A stretch of 64,000 nt of DNA, from positions 3,116,408-3,180,407 of the forward strand of contig CAJFCJ010000006.1 of assembly GCA_904063045.1 (NCBI GenBank), written 5' to 3'. Every line of letters starts with the position of its first letter. Position 1 is the stretch's first letter. Position numbers and translations under genes: made by a program. The notes under the pieces are model-generated. The model was given only the letters and a program-made list of their open reading frames with translations. It was not told where the DNA came from and ran no database searches. Source of the DNA: Dimorphilus gyrociliatus. Its lineage: Eukaryota; Animalia; Annelida. Of the stretch, positions 24,415 through 37,892 are shown one piece after another.

Positions 24415-26229
24415 TCAGCCTTGTAATTCAATCGTTTCCAAATCTTCTTCTAAATCTTGAAGATCCTCGTCCGCAAATAAGTTTTCATCTATAGGAACGC
24501 CATCTATCTCATTTTCTTTTGGTAGTGAAATGGCTTCGTCAGTTGGTTTTTCTTTATCGCATCCTCCTGCAGCTTCTGATAACCTGTTTTCTTCCTCCTT
24601 ATCAACTAAAAAAAATCGAATTGATAGTTTTATTGATATATTTTTTGATAAATTTACCGATTTCGCCGTTTGTAGTTGCTTTTTCTTGCTTAATTTCATA
24701 AATTCGTTGATCTGGAGCTTTAGTTCCAGAATTGTCAACCTAAAGAAACGAGTGCTTTTAAAATATAGCTACTCAATAAACTTGCAACACAAACCTCAGT
24801 GGCAAATGAAGTCAAATCATTAAAATCGATTTCTCTAACTTTCTCATCTTCCTCCTGTATATGTTAATATTTTAATTTAAGGTTTATATACACATAAATG
24901 CCAGATTACTAAAATGAGAGATGTTTACCTCATCTTTAGGTATTTCGTAGACTATATCTTCCACTGCATCATCATCACCTTCTATAAGATTTGGGTCAAA
25001 TTCAAACAAATCTTTTCCGCTAAGCTATATTTTAATATAATATGAATAAGTCCAACTTGTTATAACATATGTGTAAAATTCTTACTCCAAGAGCTTTTCC
25101 GGCTTTAAAGTCAGCCTTCTTCTTGTCCAAATCAGCTTTATGTTTAGCAATTTTCTCTTTGCGCTTTCGTTCCTTCCATTTTAAGAAAGACTCAAGAGTT
25201 ACTTTTGTCAAATTTTTGGAGCTCAAAGAGGCTCTCTCCTTTTCTACCAAATCTTCTAAGGTCAATTTATCTCCTACATCTTCTTTTTTCTTATCCTTTT
25301 TAAGTACAAATCCAGGAGGAAGACAATGTCTATAGATACATTTATCTCCACCGCTTGGACATTGCCAAAACCAACCATATTTAGAATTTTCTACAGCCTC
25401 CAAAAAGAACTTGCAAATCTGAATTATTGATATTAAACTATTATTCTCTGCTATGCAAGATGATGAAAATATACTTTCAACTACTTACAATCGCTGTTTT
25501 CGGCTTACTCTTATTACTTTCTCCGTGCTTTTGGTTAACGACCTCTTCGAGTTTATTTTCATCCCAGTCATCCATAGTTTCTGAAAAATAAAAGGTGATA
25601 AATGATACTTTAAAGATATATAAAAGTTTATAATATATCATACCTTCCTCGTCTCTTGTGTCGGAATACATATTTTTTTTTTCACTCTTCCTACCAATAT
25701 TCAAATCATGAGAGAATTTACATTTCGCTCCTTTACCACACTGGCCTTGCTTGAAAAAGGCGCAAACAACACTCTTTGGATCCACACCTGTTATATATTA
25801 GAATCAATATTAACTAGTTTCTTTACCTATAAAACTGTGCATTATTATGAATTAGAATTTTAGATAAACATAAAACATGAAAGTAAATTTTACCTTTTCC
25901 AATTTTTTGTTCGACAGGTTTAAAAAGCATGTTTAATTCTTCAGCTTGTTTCTTCTTATCATCCTTTCCACCAAGCTTTTGCTTTTCAAGTTCAAGCTGT
26001 TTAGCGCTCTTCTGGTTTCCATGATGAACTTGCTTTTGAACTTGTTGAATAAATTTCTGCTGTTTAGCTCCTCGTTTATTTTTTAGACCAAATGTCTTAT
26101 CCTGCGGTGAAATTCTTATATTATCGCTAAGCAAAGTAAAACGTGGCTAGTGAATACCTCAACAATTTTATCCTTTTTCTTTTGTTCAGTTTTCTTACTG
26201 ACTTTGTCACCTCCTTTCTTCGGTGGCAT
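24415..26229 (-). CDS. ZC3H15: Zinc finger CCCH domain-containing protein 15 (DFRP1)
   Basis: MPPKK...[21 protein letters not shown]; [26 protein letters not shown]; [29 protein letters not shown]; C-terminal PIDENLF. Confidence 0.96.
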
Positions 26230-26691
26230 TATTTCATTTATTTAAATCTACTGTTTTACCTAAAATAACGATTATTTCACAATCAATGAAATCGGAAATG
26301 TAAGACAGAAGTGTCAGCTTATCTTCCGGTGAAATATATAGACTGGTTTTAATATGGTTCATATGATGGTGAATATAAAGTATATCGAACAAAAGTTTTT
26401 TCTGACTAGTTAAAATCTTAGTAGTTTATTATGAATAGTTAAAAAAAAAGAACACAGTTTCACTCAAATAAATTGATTAGCTAAATCCTTTATTTTTATT
26501 ACGGCATTTCAAAGCATTCTAGATAGGACGCGGTAGCAGTAGAAAATGAAAGCATTTCGATAAAATCAAAAAAAAATAAACGCTTACAAAGCCTCTGTAC
26601 ATAAACTATATGCTACATTTCCAAAATAAGGAAGCGGCTTTAATTTTTGTAAATTAGTAAATATGGGTTCAACTTCTAGACAGAGTTAGAC

Positions 26692-29377
26692 TTAAATATT
26701 ATCAATTTCACTTGAGAGCCGGTCCCATTCTTCCTTAAGTTTTTTGTATTCTTGTTTTTCTCTAATTAGTTCCTCTGTTGAAAAAAGAGTGCATGAATAA
26801 TTTGAAAAAAGTTAATTGAAGATAGTTTTTATACCATCTAAGCGGTCAATCTGTCGTTGTTGTTGTGTAACTTGTCTTTCAAGCATTTCGTTATGCGCAT
26901 CAGACTGAAAAAAAAAAGAAAATTTTAAAAAAGTTAAATCTAGTAAAAACATTTGATTCGGTAGCTCGGTTTAGAATTACTTATCGTAAAAAAGAACAGT
27001 GTGAAAGACGCGATATATTTTTGATTTGAACTAAAACGATAATAAATATCATTTAAATTACCTCTTTCAATCTACACTTCCAATCTCTAAGCGTTTCTTC
27101 ATAGTAATTCTCCTTTTTCATAGCTTTTTCTTCTCCAATTTCTAAAGATCTCAAGCTAGAACTTAATCCGTGAAGTTCACGTTCCAGATCTTTAATTTTA
27201 CTTTCAGCCGAGTCAGCCTTCGATTCTTGTTGCATGAGTGATTCTTCAGTACTCTTCAATCTGCAGGCGACCTGAAAGAATTGTAAATTCAGTACATGTC
27301 GGTAGTAACAGTTTTTCGGAGTCAAACTAATAAAGAACTAGAAATGTCAAACAATGCTGCTCATGCTGTAAAATAAGGAGACAGTTAATCGAATAGTTTT
27401 TCTTTTAGTTGCAACTGTATATAAATATTTATAAATATTTGCCATATCTATAATAAGCATTAAAGCTTTAAATTTGTTAAAATGTAACGAGGTTTCATTC
27501 TTAACTCACTGGGTAAGAAATTACCTAAATTTAATGAAAATACCCTAAGGTTCTAACTTCTTTATTAAACTTGGTCTTGGTCTCAGTTCTCGTTACATCT
27601 TTATAAATTTTTTTTTTTGGTAAAACAAGTAATTAGTAGGGATATGATTTTCACAGCTGAAAATCTTAAACGGCAGCCCAACATTCGTACCAGTCTTTTT
27701 TAATGAGATAAGCCTGAAAAATGCCGAAGTGAATATAGCATTTGTAAAAGCGCAGCAGCTCATAGAGGTTTGGCTAGAGTTTTGCTTGCAAACCTCCTCT
27801 AGCTTTTTTTCCGCATTATGCTTATCGGTTTCAGCTAGGCGCCACCTCTCTTCAAACTCCATAGACCTACTCTCGGCTTGATCGCGTTGTGCAGACGCTG
27901 TCCGATTGTTTCTAAATTATAGAAGAAAAATAATTAGATTTTTCAGTTCATTCTTACCTCTTCAAACATCCGCTCGCGTTCTTCTGCAATCAAACGTGAT
28001 TGCTTTGCATCGTCATCTAGCTGAGTAACGCGGTCTTCAGCAAATTCTAAACGGCGCTCCAAAGTTCTTCTAGCTCTAGATAACAAGTCTGGTTAGGCCT
28101 AATCTATTTCTCAATTTAAACAATAGTAACATTTGGTGAGCATTAATTACAGATGCTATTAACATTGTAATGTCATACATTTGAAATTTAGGCTCCCTAA
28201 GAACTATCATCTGACATATTGATGAATTGCATTTATTTTTAGGTAATTGAAAATATTTTACTATAGTTTCCGTAATCCTTAAATAGTTTCATACCAGTTA
28301 GAATTATATCCATATATATTTTAGCTAATATAAGATAAATATTGATAAAAACAGATAGCCTGGTGTCATTGGCCCTAAAACGAAAAAAAAACTCTTTTTT
28401 CCACTCCCAACATCAAATAATCAAATAAAGTCTAAGCTTATCCATATTATCATATATAAACGTGCAAAAATGGTGATTATATTCAATATCAAATGGCATT
28501 GAGCAATAGAAAGCTCTTTTAACCCTCTCCGAGACTCAATAAAATGGAAAAATAGGCCTGTATAAAAAAGCCATCTGTATTGAATATCCCAGCTTTGTTA
28601 TTCAGAAATGCTTGGAAAGTGTTATCCCTACATTTGTATACAAAAATTCCTCTTCTCAATTTCAATTGAATAGAGAAAAAGTAAATTATAAGCAATGAGT
28701 CTACAAGGAATATGTTTTTCATTATAATATTCGATTCTTTAAGTGCATTTCTTACAATTTAATATTAAATTTCTCTATATTAAATTTTTTTATCTGGAAT
28801 ATTTCTACAAAAAAATGTAGTCTGATGTCCAGTCTTATCAAAAATATAAAAAATGTGACTTAAAAATAACATATCTGCCCCTTTGTCTAATTCTAAGCTA
28901 ATATTCTACTTGCTTTTGATAGAGAAGATAACAATCCTGCATTATCCAATTACATTCCACGCCCAATAAAAAAAAAATCCTTAAATAGGCATCTTAAAAA
29001 TCCTTATAATCTTATCTTTTTACTAATATGAACTGTCATAAGATTTTTACCTTTCGCTCTCATCTACAGCGTTAGTAACCTCCTGCAATTTTTCAGTAGT
29101 TGTTTGCAGACGCTTTTCGTACTGTGTTGCCTCTTCTTCAACTCTTCCAAGAGTTCTTTTCAACGACATATTCTCATTTTCCAACTATTAAATTTAAGAA
29201 AAACTTATTAAAGAGAAATTCTAGGTCTCGAAAACGAACTTCATTGCACTTCTCTTCCTTCTTCTTCATCTCAGCGCAAACGTCTTCGTACATTTGACGA
29301 TATTCTTCACATTCTGTTTTCAGTTTATTCATACGATCTTTTAGCTGACCTAGAACACCGGTTGATGGATTAGCCAT
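26692..29377 (-). CDS. Tropomyosin, short (~247 aa) non-muscle-type isoform with mutually exclusive exons
   Basis: Continuous heptad coiled coil with tropomyosin landmarks (DESER, EEVACRL, ENYYEETLRD, IDRLDEEL). Exons 29377-~29240, ~29182-29050, 28075-27958 or 27911-27794, ~27271-27062, ~26905-26836 and ~26775-26692. Confidence 0.88.
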
Positions 29378-31004
29378 GTTTTACTGTATGTGTAATCCTC
29401 TTTTCCGGCTAAGTGGTAAGACGAATTTGCAAGATGGCCGACTTACAGGTTCGTGTTATTTAGTATTATTGCGCGTATATTTTTAAGACTTACTCATTCT
29501 TACTTATAGAAATGGAAATTTAAAAAATAGTTATCTATCCTTTATAATTAAATTTTTATGAAAAAAAAATAAATTCGAAAAAAGTAAAGATTTTTGTAAA
29601 GAACTACTTTTTCTTCGGCTGTTATTAGGTGTCACTAGGAGTTTTTTTTAAAACGACGTGATTAACTCCGCCCCCAAATATTTGGAATAGGCCTAAAGTT
29701 ACCTTAAATGGAAATTAGGAATGAGGAAAGAATTTCAAAAGATAATGAATAATGTAATATTTTTTAAGTAATAAATATAGTCCGCAGTAAAGTTTCAACA
29801 AAATAAATATATTGACATATCGAATTCCAATAAAAAATTCCAAGGTAAACGAAAAGACAATATTTATTTAAGTTACTATTGATGCTAAGGGAATGTTAAA
29901 GTTTATTTATAGTTTGGAAAAAGACAATTGACAAAATGGCAACTATGTTTAAACAGTAGAAAGAGAGAGAGAAAGAAAACTTGATTTTTTAAAAAATACA
30001 AAAAAGAATATAAAAAACTTTAAACATTAAACAATGGATAACTATGTATAAAGTAATAAGTAATTAAGTTAACTAAAAGTTTCTGTCTCTCTTTCTTCTT
30101 TCTAATATTTACTAAAAAAGATAAGATTTCTTTTTTATATTTTTTTTAATAACGGAAATAGTCGGCATTTTTGAAGCTCTCCAGGTATAACAAACAGGGA
30201 AAAAAAATCCCCGCTTACCCGACGCCTCCTTTCATTAAAAATAGAAAAAAAATCTCCTACGGAAGAGTGAAAATGTCATATTGTATAATTCAATACCGTT
30301 AACAGTATAATAGGGAAAGAAACTACTCTTTAAGAAAATATTTTCAACAATTAAAAAAAAATAGCTAACTAGGTCAGATGTGTCTATTTGCCCAGTAATT
30401 TGCAGTTATTTACTCATTCATTATAAAGACAATTTATTGATACTTGACTAGAAAAGGAGGTCGAATTATATACAATATATATATATATATATATATTAAT
30501 TATTACAAATGAGAATAAAGCATAGTAGATAGTATATCTGCGTAGATCTAATGAAATATTTAAAAAGAGACAATATACGAAAATCATAATTCGTAATGGC
30601 ATGCATAAGTATGTGTTTTTCTCTATAGTTATTTATGTTGACGTTTTTAATTGACTAGAAGATCGATTATTAGTAAAGGAATGTTGTATATGTGAAGAAA
30701 AAAAAACCTGCGTGAGAGTTGACACTCAAAGTAGATATACTCTTAAAGAGAACGACTAATATAGAGTATTTAGTAAGTAAGAAAGAAAGAATTATAATTT
30801 ACCATTTCTATATCTATTCACTTAGAATATCATATTTAATAAAAAAGTAATTAATTGTATAATTTATTATTAAACGTGATCAATATTGAAGCTTATCAAT
30901 AAATATATTTAAGGTTAGTCTATATTAAATGTTAATATTTGAATTCTATGATACCAAAAAACTCATTAGACAAAGCACACTGTTCAAACGGGATTTATAT
31001 ATTC

Positions 31005-31055
31005 TTATAAATATATATATATATATATATATATCTTTCTCTCTCTCTCTCTTCT
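31005..31055. repeat. (TA)n-(TC)n compound microsatellite; similar TA/GA runs near 31900-31960 and 32190-32245
   Basis: Visible dinucleotide runs in intergenic DNA. Confidence 0.85.
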
Positions 31056-32704
31056 TCAAAATTACATATTTTGGAACTGTAAGATAGCAAAATGATATAG
31101 AAAAAAATATTCCTCATCAAATATAATTGACCCTTTTGTCAGGTCAAGTACTGATAGCATGGATCTACAATACATTTAAATAGACAATAGATAAACCTTT
31201 TTCATCAACTTTAATAGTAGTTTTTAAACATCAGTAAGTGTTTATTGTATTATTGTTTCTTTTTTTCTTCTTGATGATTAAATAAAATGTATACTTTTTA
31301 TAATCAATTTTCAATTTTAATGACTAATTAAAAGTATGACAAGGTCGCTATTAATAAAAGGATTTTGAGTACATTTTATTCTGTATGAATAACATAAAAG
31401 AGTCCAAAAGTAACTCCTTTTTATCTAAACATTTTATGTATTTTTTTTCCTTTTCTTTAGAATTCTTCAATGAAATTAGCTCAAACTTTTACGTAACATA
31501 CGAGGATATGATTCATTTTACATAAAAACTCGTTTATTTACATAACCGCAAAAGAGAGGGATTTTTTAAAAGCTTCCGCCTAGCTACGTTTTGGGGTCAC
31601 GAATGCTGAACAATACGTAATATGGAAGATTTGTAGTTAAGAGTAAATCACGGCTGAATAATGTAGGACGATATCATAAATGGACTTTTACTACTAGCTA
31701 AAAGCAGTAAAGAGTAAGACAAGTCACACTTTTTATATTGTTGACCTTTTGTTGTAAAATATAAAAATTAAAATACAAAAAAGTCAAATTTTATGCTTAA
31801 ATGTTATCTATATATGACCTGAATAAACGTTTAATGTTTTGATCGTCTAAATTAGGTCCAGAACAAATATAATTAATGGATTAATAGACCAAACAGCTAT
31901 ATATAGTCATATACTGTATATACTGTATATATATATAAAGAGTGAGAGAGAGAGAGAGAGTATAATCATTCCTTTTTGTGTAGCGGACGAAAACGATCTA
32001 TTAAATATTATTAAAATATCTTAAACCCGTAAAATATTGCTATTATTGTCATTTATTCATTATTTATTGTCTGATTTATATACTAATCTTTATAAATTGA
32101 CAATTACTGCCCTCTATCGTACTTGTTCAAAGTACAACGAATGGAAGTTTTTATGGGGGAGACAGTTCATTAGGATGAATGCGTGAGAAAGATATATATA
32201 TATACAGTATATATATATAGAGAGAGAGAGATAGAGAGAGAGAAACTAATATAGAACAATTAACAAGATATATAATTTTATAGTTTGTTATTTTTTTAGT
32301 CTTTTATTAAGCAAAAAGTATTGTTTATTTCTAACAAATGAACTTTCTCACATACAAAGAAAGATATGTGCTTAATGCGAACCAAAATTTCTCTTGTTTT
32401 TAAATAGCGATGAAGTTAGATTCTTTCGTTCATTCGTATTGTGAGGAAGAGGGAGGGACGTACATTAAAGAGTACAATTTGTAACAAACATGATTGAATA
32501 CAAAAAAAAAAAAAAATAAAGAAGAATATCCTTAGCCAAGCTCATTTTCATTCGTTCTCCAAGTTAAAAAAACTTTATTATTGGTGAAAAATTATTTAAC
32601 ATATATCTAGTGTTAGTTAGCTTCTATATTTTGTTGTATTTTGTGTTTTTTTTCCTTCTATTTTGATTAAATCACTATGGAAATTAATTTTTTTATCATT
32701 TTTA

Positions 32705-35700
32705 TTAATTTCCATTTTGTTCTAGTTCTGTAACAAAAGAGTGCGGGAAATATCCTATACTTCCATGCAATCTACCTTTCCACCATCCTCTTGAATCAGT
32801 TGCTTTAGATATTATTTCAATTATTTCTCCAGTATGGATAGTAAGTTGATTTAGAGCAGTTGCTGAATAGTTGAATTCGACTCTACACTTGCCGATTATT
32901 GGGATTCTATGCGAAGTACTGGGAGGGAGTGGTGGAGGTTGCTGATAAGCCTGTTCAAGGGTTGTATCTAACTCTGCAAAGGAGTGCTTCAGGTTATTCG
33001 ATTCGTAGTATTGAACTAGTAATTTGATGGAAGTAAATTTTTTGCATTCTGCTATGTAGTATTCTCTTGAATTTGTGTCATGTATCTTAATGTGTTTCAC
33101 AGAATTTTCAAACTTAATGCTTAAGGCGTAGCCAGATAATTCTCTTTCTCTTACAAGGAATGTTCCGCTTGGTGAATTCATCAATGTTTTACAAGCTACA
33201 TCTCTCGTCATTTTTCCAATGAACCTAAATAAATAAAAAATAAAATATTACAGGAACAATTACGATAATTTATTTGGAACCAAATGCGATAAAATTCCCA
33301 TTACGGATAGAACAAGAGGTTTATCGCGTCTGTTACCAAGCAAATTTCATTAAAGAACATACGATATATGTTATTTCTAATAGATGATAGCCAGATAGAT
33401 TAAAAAGCAAAGACAAGCTTACCAAGGGTAATTAAGCATTTCCAGATTTGACTGATTTTCGCGTCGACTGGATATCATATCGGATGGATCAACACTCCGC
33501 CGATTTGGCACTAAAGGAGGTCGAACAGGGCGTGTCTCGCGATATGACTCGCTTCTTTCGCAGTCGTGTAACTATTAAATAGTGAAAAAAAAAGCAACAT
33601 GGGGATAGATGAAAGGTTGAGGTAAAATTAATATAAACAAAAAATAAATATAAATAAAAGGATCTAAGATTTTCTATGAACGTTTTGCGCGTTTAATAAA
33701 ATGTTGTCTTACACCAATAGATAATTGAAAACAATTTGTTTTATAGATCCTTTCATTAGATTAAACATCGACTCAACATATGTTAATAAAGTTATAAACA
33801 GCGTCTGAAATAGGAAAAAAAGGAGAAAAAATATTTTGACGATTGAAGCGTTAGTAAGCGCCTGTCTCCATGACAAAAGTTCTGCTCACCATATCTCTTT
33901 ATAAAGTTCAGTAGAATCTCTCGGTCGATTCTCATTTTGTTGAATAATCGATGTACGCTCGTAACCGTCAACCTATTTAAATTTTCATGCAGAAAACAAA
34001 AAAAACACCCGCAATTCTTCAACAGAATGTTTTACAAGAAAGTAAAAAAGAAAGCTATCGGATTTTTTATTTAATAGAAAATCTTTTTTTTATATGTTTT
34101 GTTAATAATTTTAGAAATAATACATTTTTAAACTTAGAAATAGTTGAAAAATTAAAACTTACTGATCGCACATAGTTGAGGGGAAACAATCCCTCTTGAC
34201 CCCTAAGAGTTCCTTTCGACCATTCCGAATTTATTCTGTCGATCACTTGAATAACATCATCTTTCCTGAAAGTTAAGTAGGTGTTGCTATCACCATTTTC
34301 CAAAATACTCCTAGTAGGAAAATCAGCTATGGCTCTGACGGTGGTAATATTTTGATGTGTGTCCGATGCTATCGTTGCAGCACAATGGGGTTTTCTGGCA
34401 TTATTTACACATTCCAAATGTAAATTTATTTCACACTTTTTACATTTATATCCTTGGTAAAAAGCTCCTCTTAATAATCTTTTACAGAAGGAGCATTCAG
34501 TTGGATCTTTATAACTGAACATTAAAAAGTCGTGACCTTTTTCTTGTGCTCTCATAGGTATAGTATGGTTATGGGCTTCTGTGATGGCATGTTGCCATCT
34601 TCCTTGACTTTCAAAATTTCTGGCATAGAGTTTAAAACATTCAGGTTTAGCATTTTCCTCATCAGTTTTTTTCTCAAGTCGAAGACAGAAAGTCCAAGGT
34701 CTACCTTGCTTACTTGAGTTTTCAATAAAAAGCGAATAGTGACTCAGAACAACGGCACCTTTGTATTTGTAGGTATCATTCTGTTAAGATACAAATAAGA
34801 GAAAGTTAATAATGTAGAGAAGAACGACATCTTCATGAAATATAGTATCTATAATAATAGTGTCTTTTTCTTTTAGAATAAAATTTGTTTGTTCTAATTA
34901 ATAAAAGAATTAAAATAACAAAAATAACCAAAGCATAAAGGGTTCCAAAAAAAAATAATGACAAAAAGCGTCGTAAATATGCTATAACAAAAATCATGCA
35001 TAAAGTATGAAATACGTAAGTTTCCACATGCAAATAAAAATAATATTAAAAGCGATTTCTGTTTGTTTTTTTTAAAATGAAAAAAATATATATAGATAGA
35101 TTGTATATCTTCAAATCAATGGGTTTTTTATACATATATATAATGTATAGTATATAGCATTGTTAATAAACAAAAAGCACCTCCGTCATATCTCATAACT
35201 GAAATGATTAATGCCTAACCATGTTGAACGTAAAGAAAAGTGCTTACCGAAGACCAAAAGTCTAAAACCTATAATATAAACGTAAAAAAAAGCAAAAATG
35301 TGAAAGAAAAAAAAAAAGAAAAAAAAACTTCATGACAAAATGCAAAAAAAAATGTTCATTTTTTTAGAGCTTCAAGAACAACAGCATCTCCATATTTGGC
35401 AAAATATTATTATTACTATTTTTCGAAAGGTCGAATAGTAATAATAATAATAACAATAATAATAAATAAATAGAAAATAAGGTGTATAAAGAAAATGCTA
35501 AGAAAAAAAGTGAAGAAATAAACACATTGAAGAGATAAATAAAAATCCTATTTGTTTTTGTTAATATCAAACAAAGGCCTATATTTTAAAATGCCTTCGT
35601 AAAGATAACAAACGTCGTTATATATTGTGGAAGAATATTGACCTTGAAGTTCTATTTTTAAAAATTATGTGTAATAAAGTGGATATATATACTGTATAAT

Positions 35701-37892
35701 ATATAAGTGAAGACAAGTATAAATTGGTGAATAGGAGAAAAATTAAAGGCCCATGCCTGTTTCTTTTTTTAAATAAGAAACAGGAGAGAATAATAAATAA
35801 TAAATATAAAAAAAAATAATGGACTTACTTTGGCACCTTTTACTAAAACCATTACTTTATCAAATAGGAATATTGTTCTGGTTTTCTTGTCATTGCTAGT
35901 TCCTTCCGCAACCTAAAAGTAATCATTATTTACGTTTTGCTTTCATCTTAATTATTATTTGAAGAAACATCAAGTATCTTACAAAGAAGATAGAGAGACT
36001 AAGAATACAAAATTTATAAAATGTATAGGATAACGTATAAACATACTATGAAGAATTTAAGCTGGATTTATATTCCATTCTCTTATAATGAAATTTTGAC
36101 AAATTAAGGAAAAGAAGGGCGAAAAATGAGACCTACCTTCAACTCACCATCCATAAGAAGTCTTCCGTAATCTTTTAATTCAGTGTTTACTGGCATATCA
36201 AAACAGCAAATACTACTCTCAATGTGCTTTATATTATTTAACATTTCCGTATCTCTCTTCATTTCATTTATGTAATTACCCAAATCTTTCATTGCGTTTA
36301 AACCAGCTTTGATTGATTCCTCGTCGTTATGTGATGAATCAGTTTTCTTTAAAATTGTATCCAATAGTAATGAATATTTGAGCGACCTTTGCATTGGGAC
36401 CTTAAGGATTTCGTTCAGGGGAAAAGTAGAACCGCATTCTTCACCCATTTTTACTTCGAACGCCTGGATTTTTTGTCTATACACTTCGCATCTCTTCATA
36501 AGATCTTGCAGCACTTCTTCAGCGAGTGGTAAATTTGAACAATAATAACCGTAGACAGTGAATTTCATTTTATTCCTTTCGAATGGTGCACCAATGCTCG
36601 AATTTTGTTCTTTAGCATTAATTAGATCCCTGCATAACTCTGTATGAACTTTTATAAGGTCGTCAATCATGTAAAATATACTTTCAAAATCATCTTTTGG
36701 AATAATACTCCTCAAAGGATCCATAAAGTGCTTTTTAATCATCTTTAAATTTAACTCTAAATATCGTTTTTCTGTTTCGACAAGTTCATCAATTGGATAA
36801 TTTCTTACGTCAGTAATTGACGGCAAGGTTCTTCGTCTTTGATAAACAATAGCTTCGTAGATTTCTTCTTCTTTGTCGTCATTTTCTCCGTAGTCATCGT
36901 AGGCGTGAATTTGTTCGAATGAACTATATCTATCTGCTAAGTCGAAATAATCTTCGTTGTGACTGGCGGAGATTCCAAATCCTTCTATGCCCGATTGCCT
37001 AGCCTTTGGGGATCTTGACAGTTTTGATAACGTTCGAAGAACTTTTCCAATATCTTCTAACTCGTAAAGGTCATTTGGCATAAATATATCATCTGGGTTT
37101 AAATCGAATTCATTGCAGGCTTGAATAAAGGCTTTTATATTTTTGACGCTTAAGAACTGTTTAAAAAATTATTTTTTATTAATTTATTGCTCCAATCTTA
37201 TCAGTAGGAAAAAGATTTATTTCCCTTGTAAGAAAAAAACTTATTGCCTTTGATCATTTCTTTGTTTTATATATACAAAAATATGTACAATATCGGTATG
37301 ATTTAGTTAAATAGTGTTATATTTGCTTATGTAAGCTTTGCTGTACTATTTTTCTTCCACGTACATTTCACTTCCGTGATATAAATAGAGGGGTAAGAAA
37401 AGAAAACTCTTGAAAATAATCACTTAAAAATATACATTACGATAAATTACTGCAATTTGGATTAAGAACTTGAAATATTATTCTATCGTCTACAATTACT
37501 CGGTGGAAAGTGATCTCTCCACGCTGGTGAATGCCCGCCAATATTTCTCGATATTTGTTGTTACTTACCAAAAGAAATATATGTTAAATAACTAATTAAT
37601 TAAAATAAAAGTCTTACAATTCTTGTTAAGAAATTGTTATTTAAGTTTAATTATCATCGTATGTAAAACTGACCTGTGAATTATTAGGTCTCTGTGAGAA
37701 ATTTTTTGAAGGAATTGATTCTGGGCTTAATACATTGCATAAATTGCATAATATTACACCATCGCGTAGCAAATGAACAAATTCGCACACTTGGTCGGAT
37801 GCGTTAACTCGATGGTCATCGCTAATTAATTTGCAGCGAATTAGCCATGAAACGCATTTTCTCCACTCATCTCCTGTGACCAGGTCCGCCAT
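32705..37892 (-). CDS. VAV: Vav guanine nucleotide exchange factor (CH-acidic-DH-PH-C1-SH3-SH2-SH3)
   Basis: CH (LRDGVILCNL), acidic Tyr motifs (EEEIYEAI), DH (ELVETEKRY...PMQRSLKYSLLL), PH, C1 (HDFLMFSY...C..C...GYKCKKC...HLEC), SH3, SH2 (FLVRER) and C-terminal SH3 (WWKG...GYFP). Confidence 0.96.
35248..35268 (-). CDS. Predicted 21-nt alternative microexon (VLDFWSS) in the Vav PH domain
   Basis: Polypyrimidine tract-TAG|GTTTTAGACTTTTGGTCTTCG|GTAAGC, phase 0-0, matching the flanking exons. Confidence 0.6.

Noticed and set aside
27593-27793. ORF-track extension of tropomyosin exon B (VCKQNSSQ...FIKM)
   Set aside because: It loses heptad character right after KKLEE, where a GT donor gives an exact 118-nt exon, so it is treated as intron read-through.
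37500-37545. GC-rich hairpin in Vav intron 1, and a short GTACTT/AAGTAC hairpin near 32120
   Set aside because: The stems are only 6-8 bp, with no tRNA, miRNA or snoRNA architecture.
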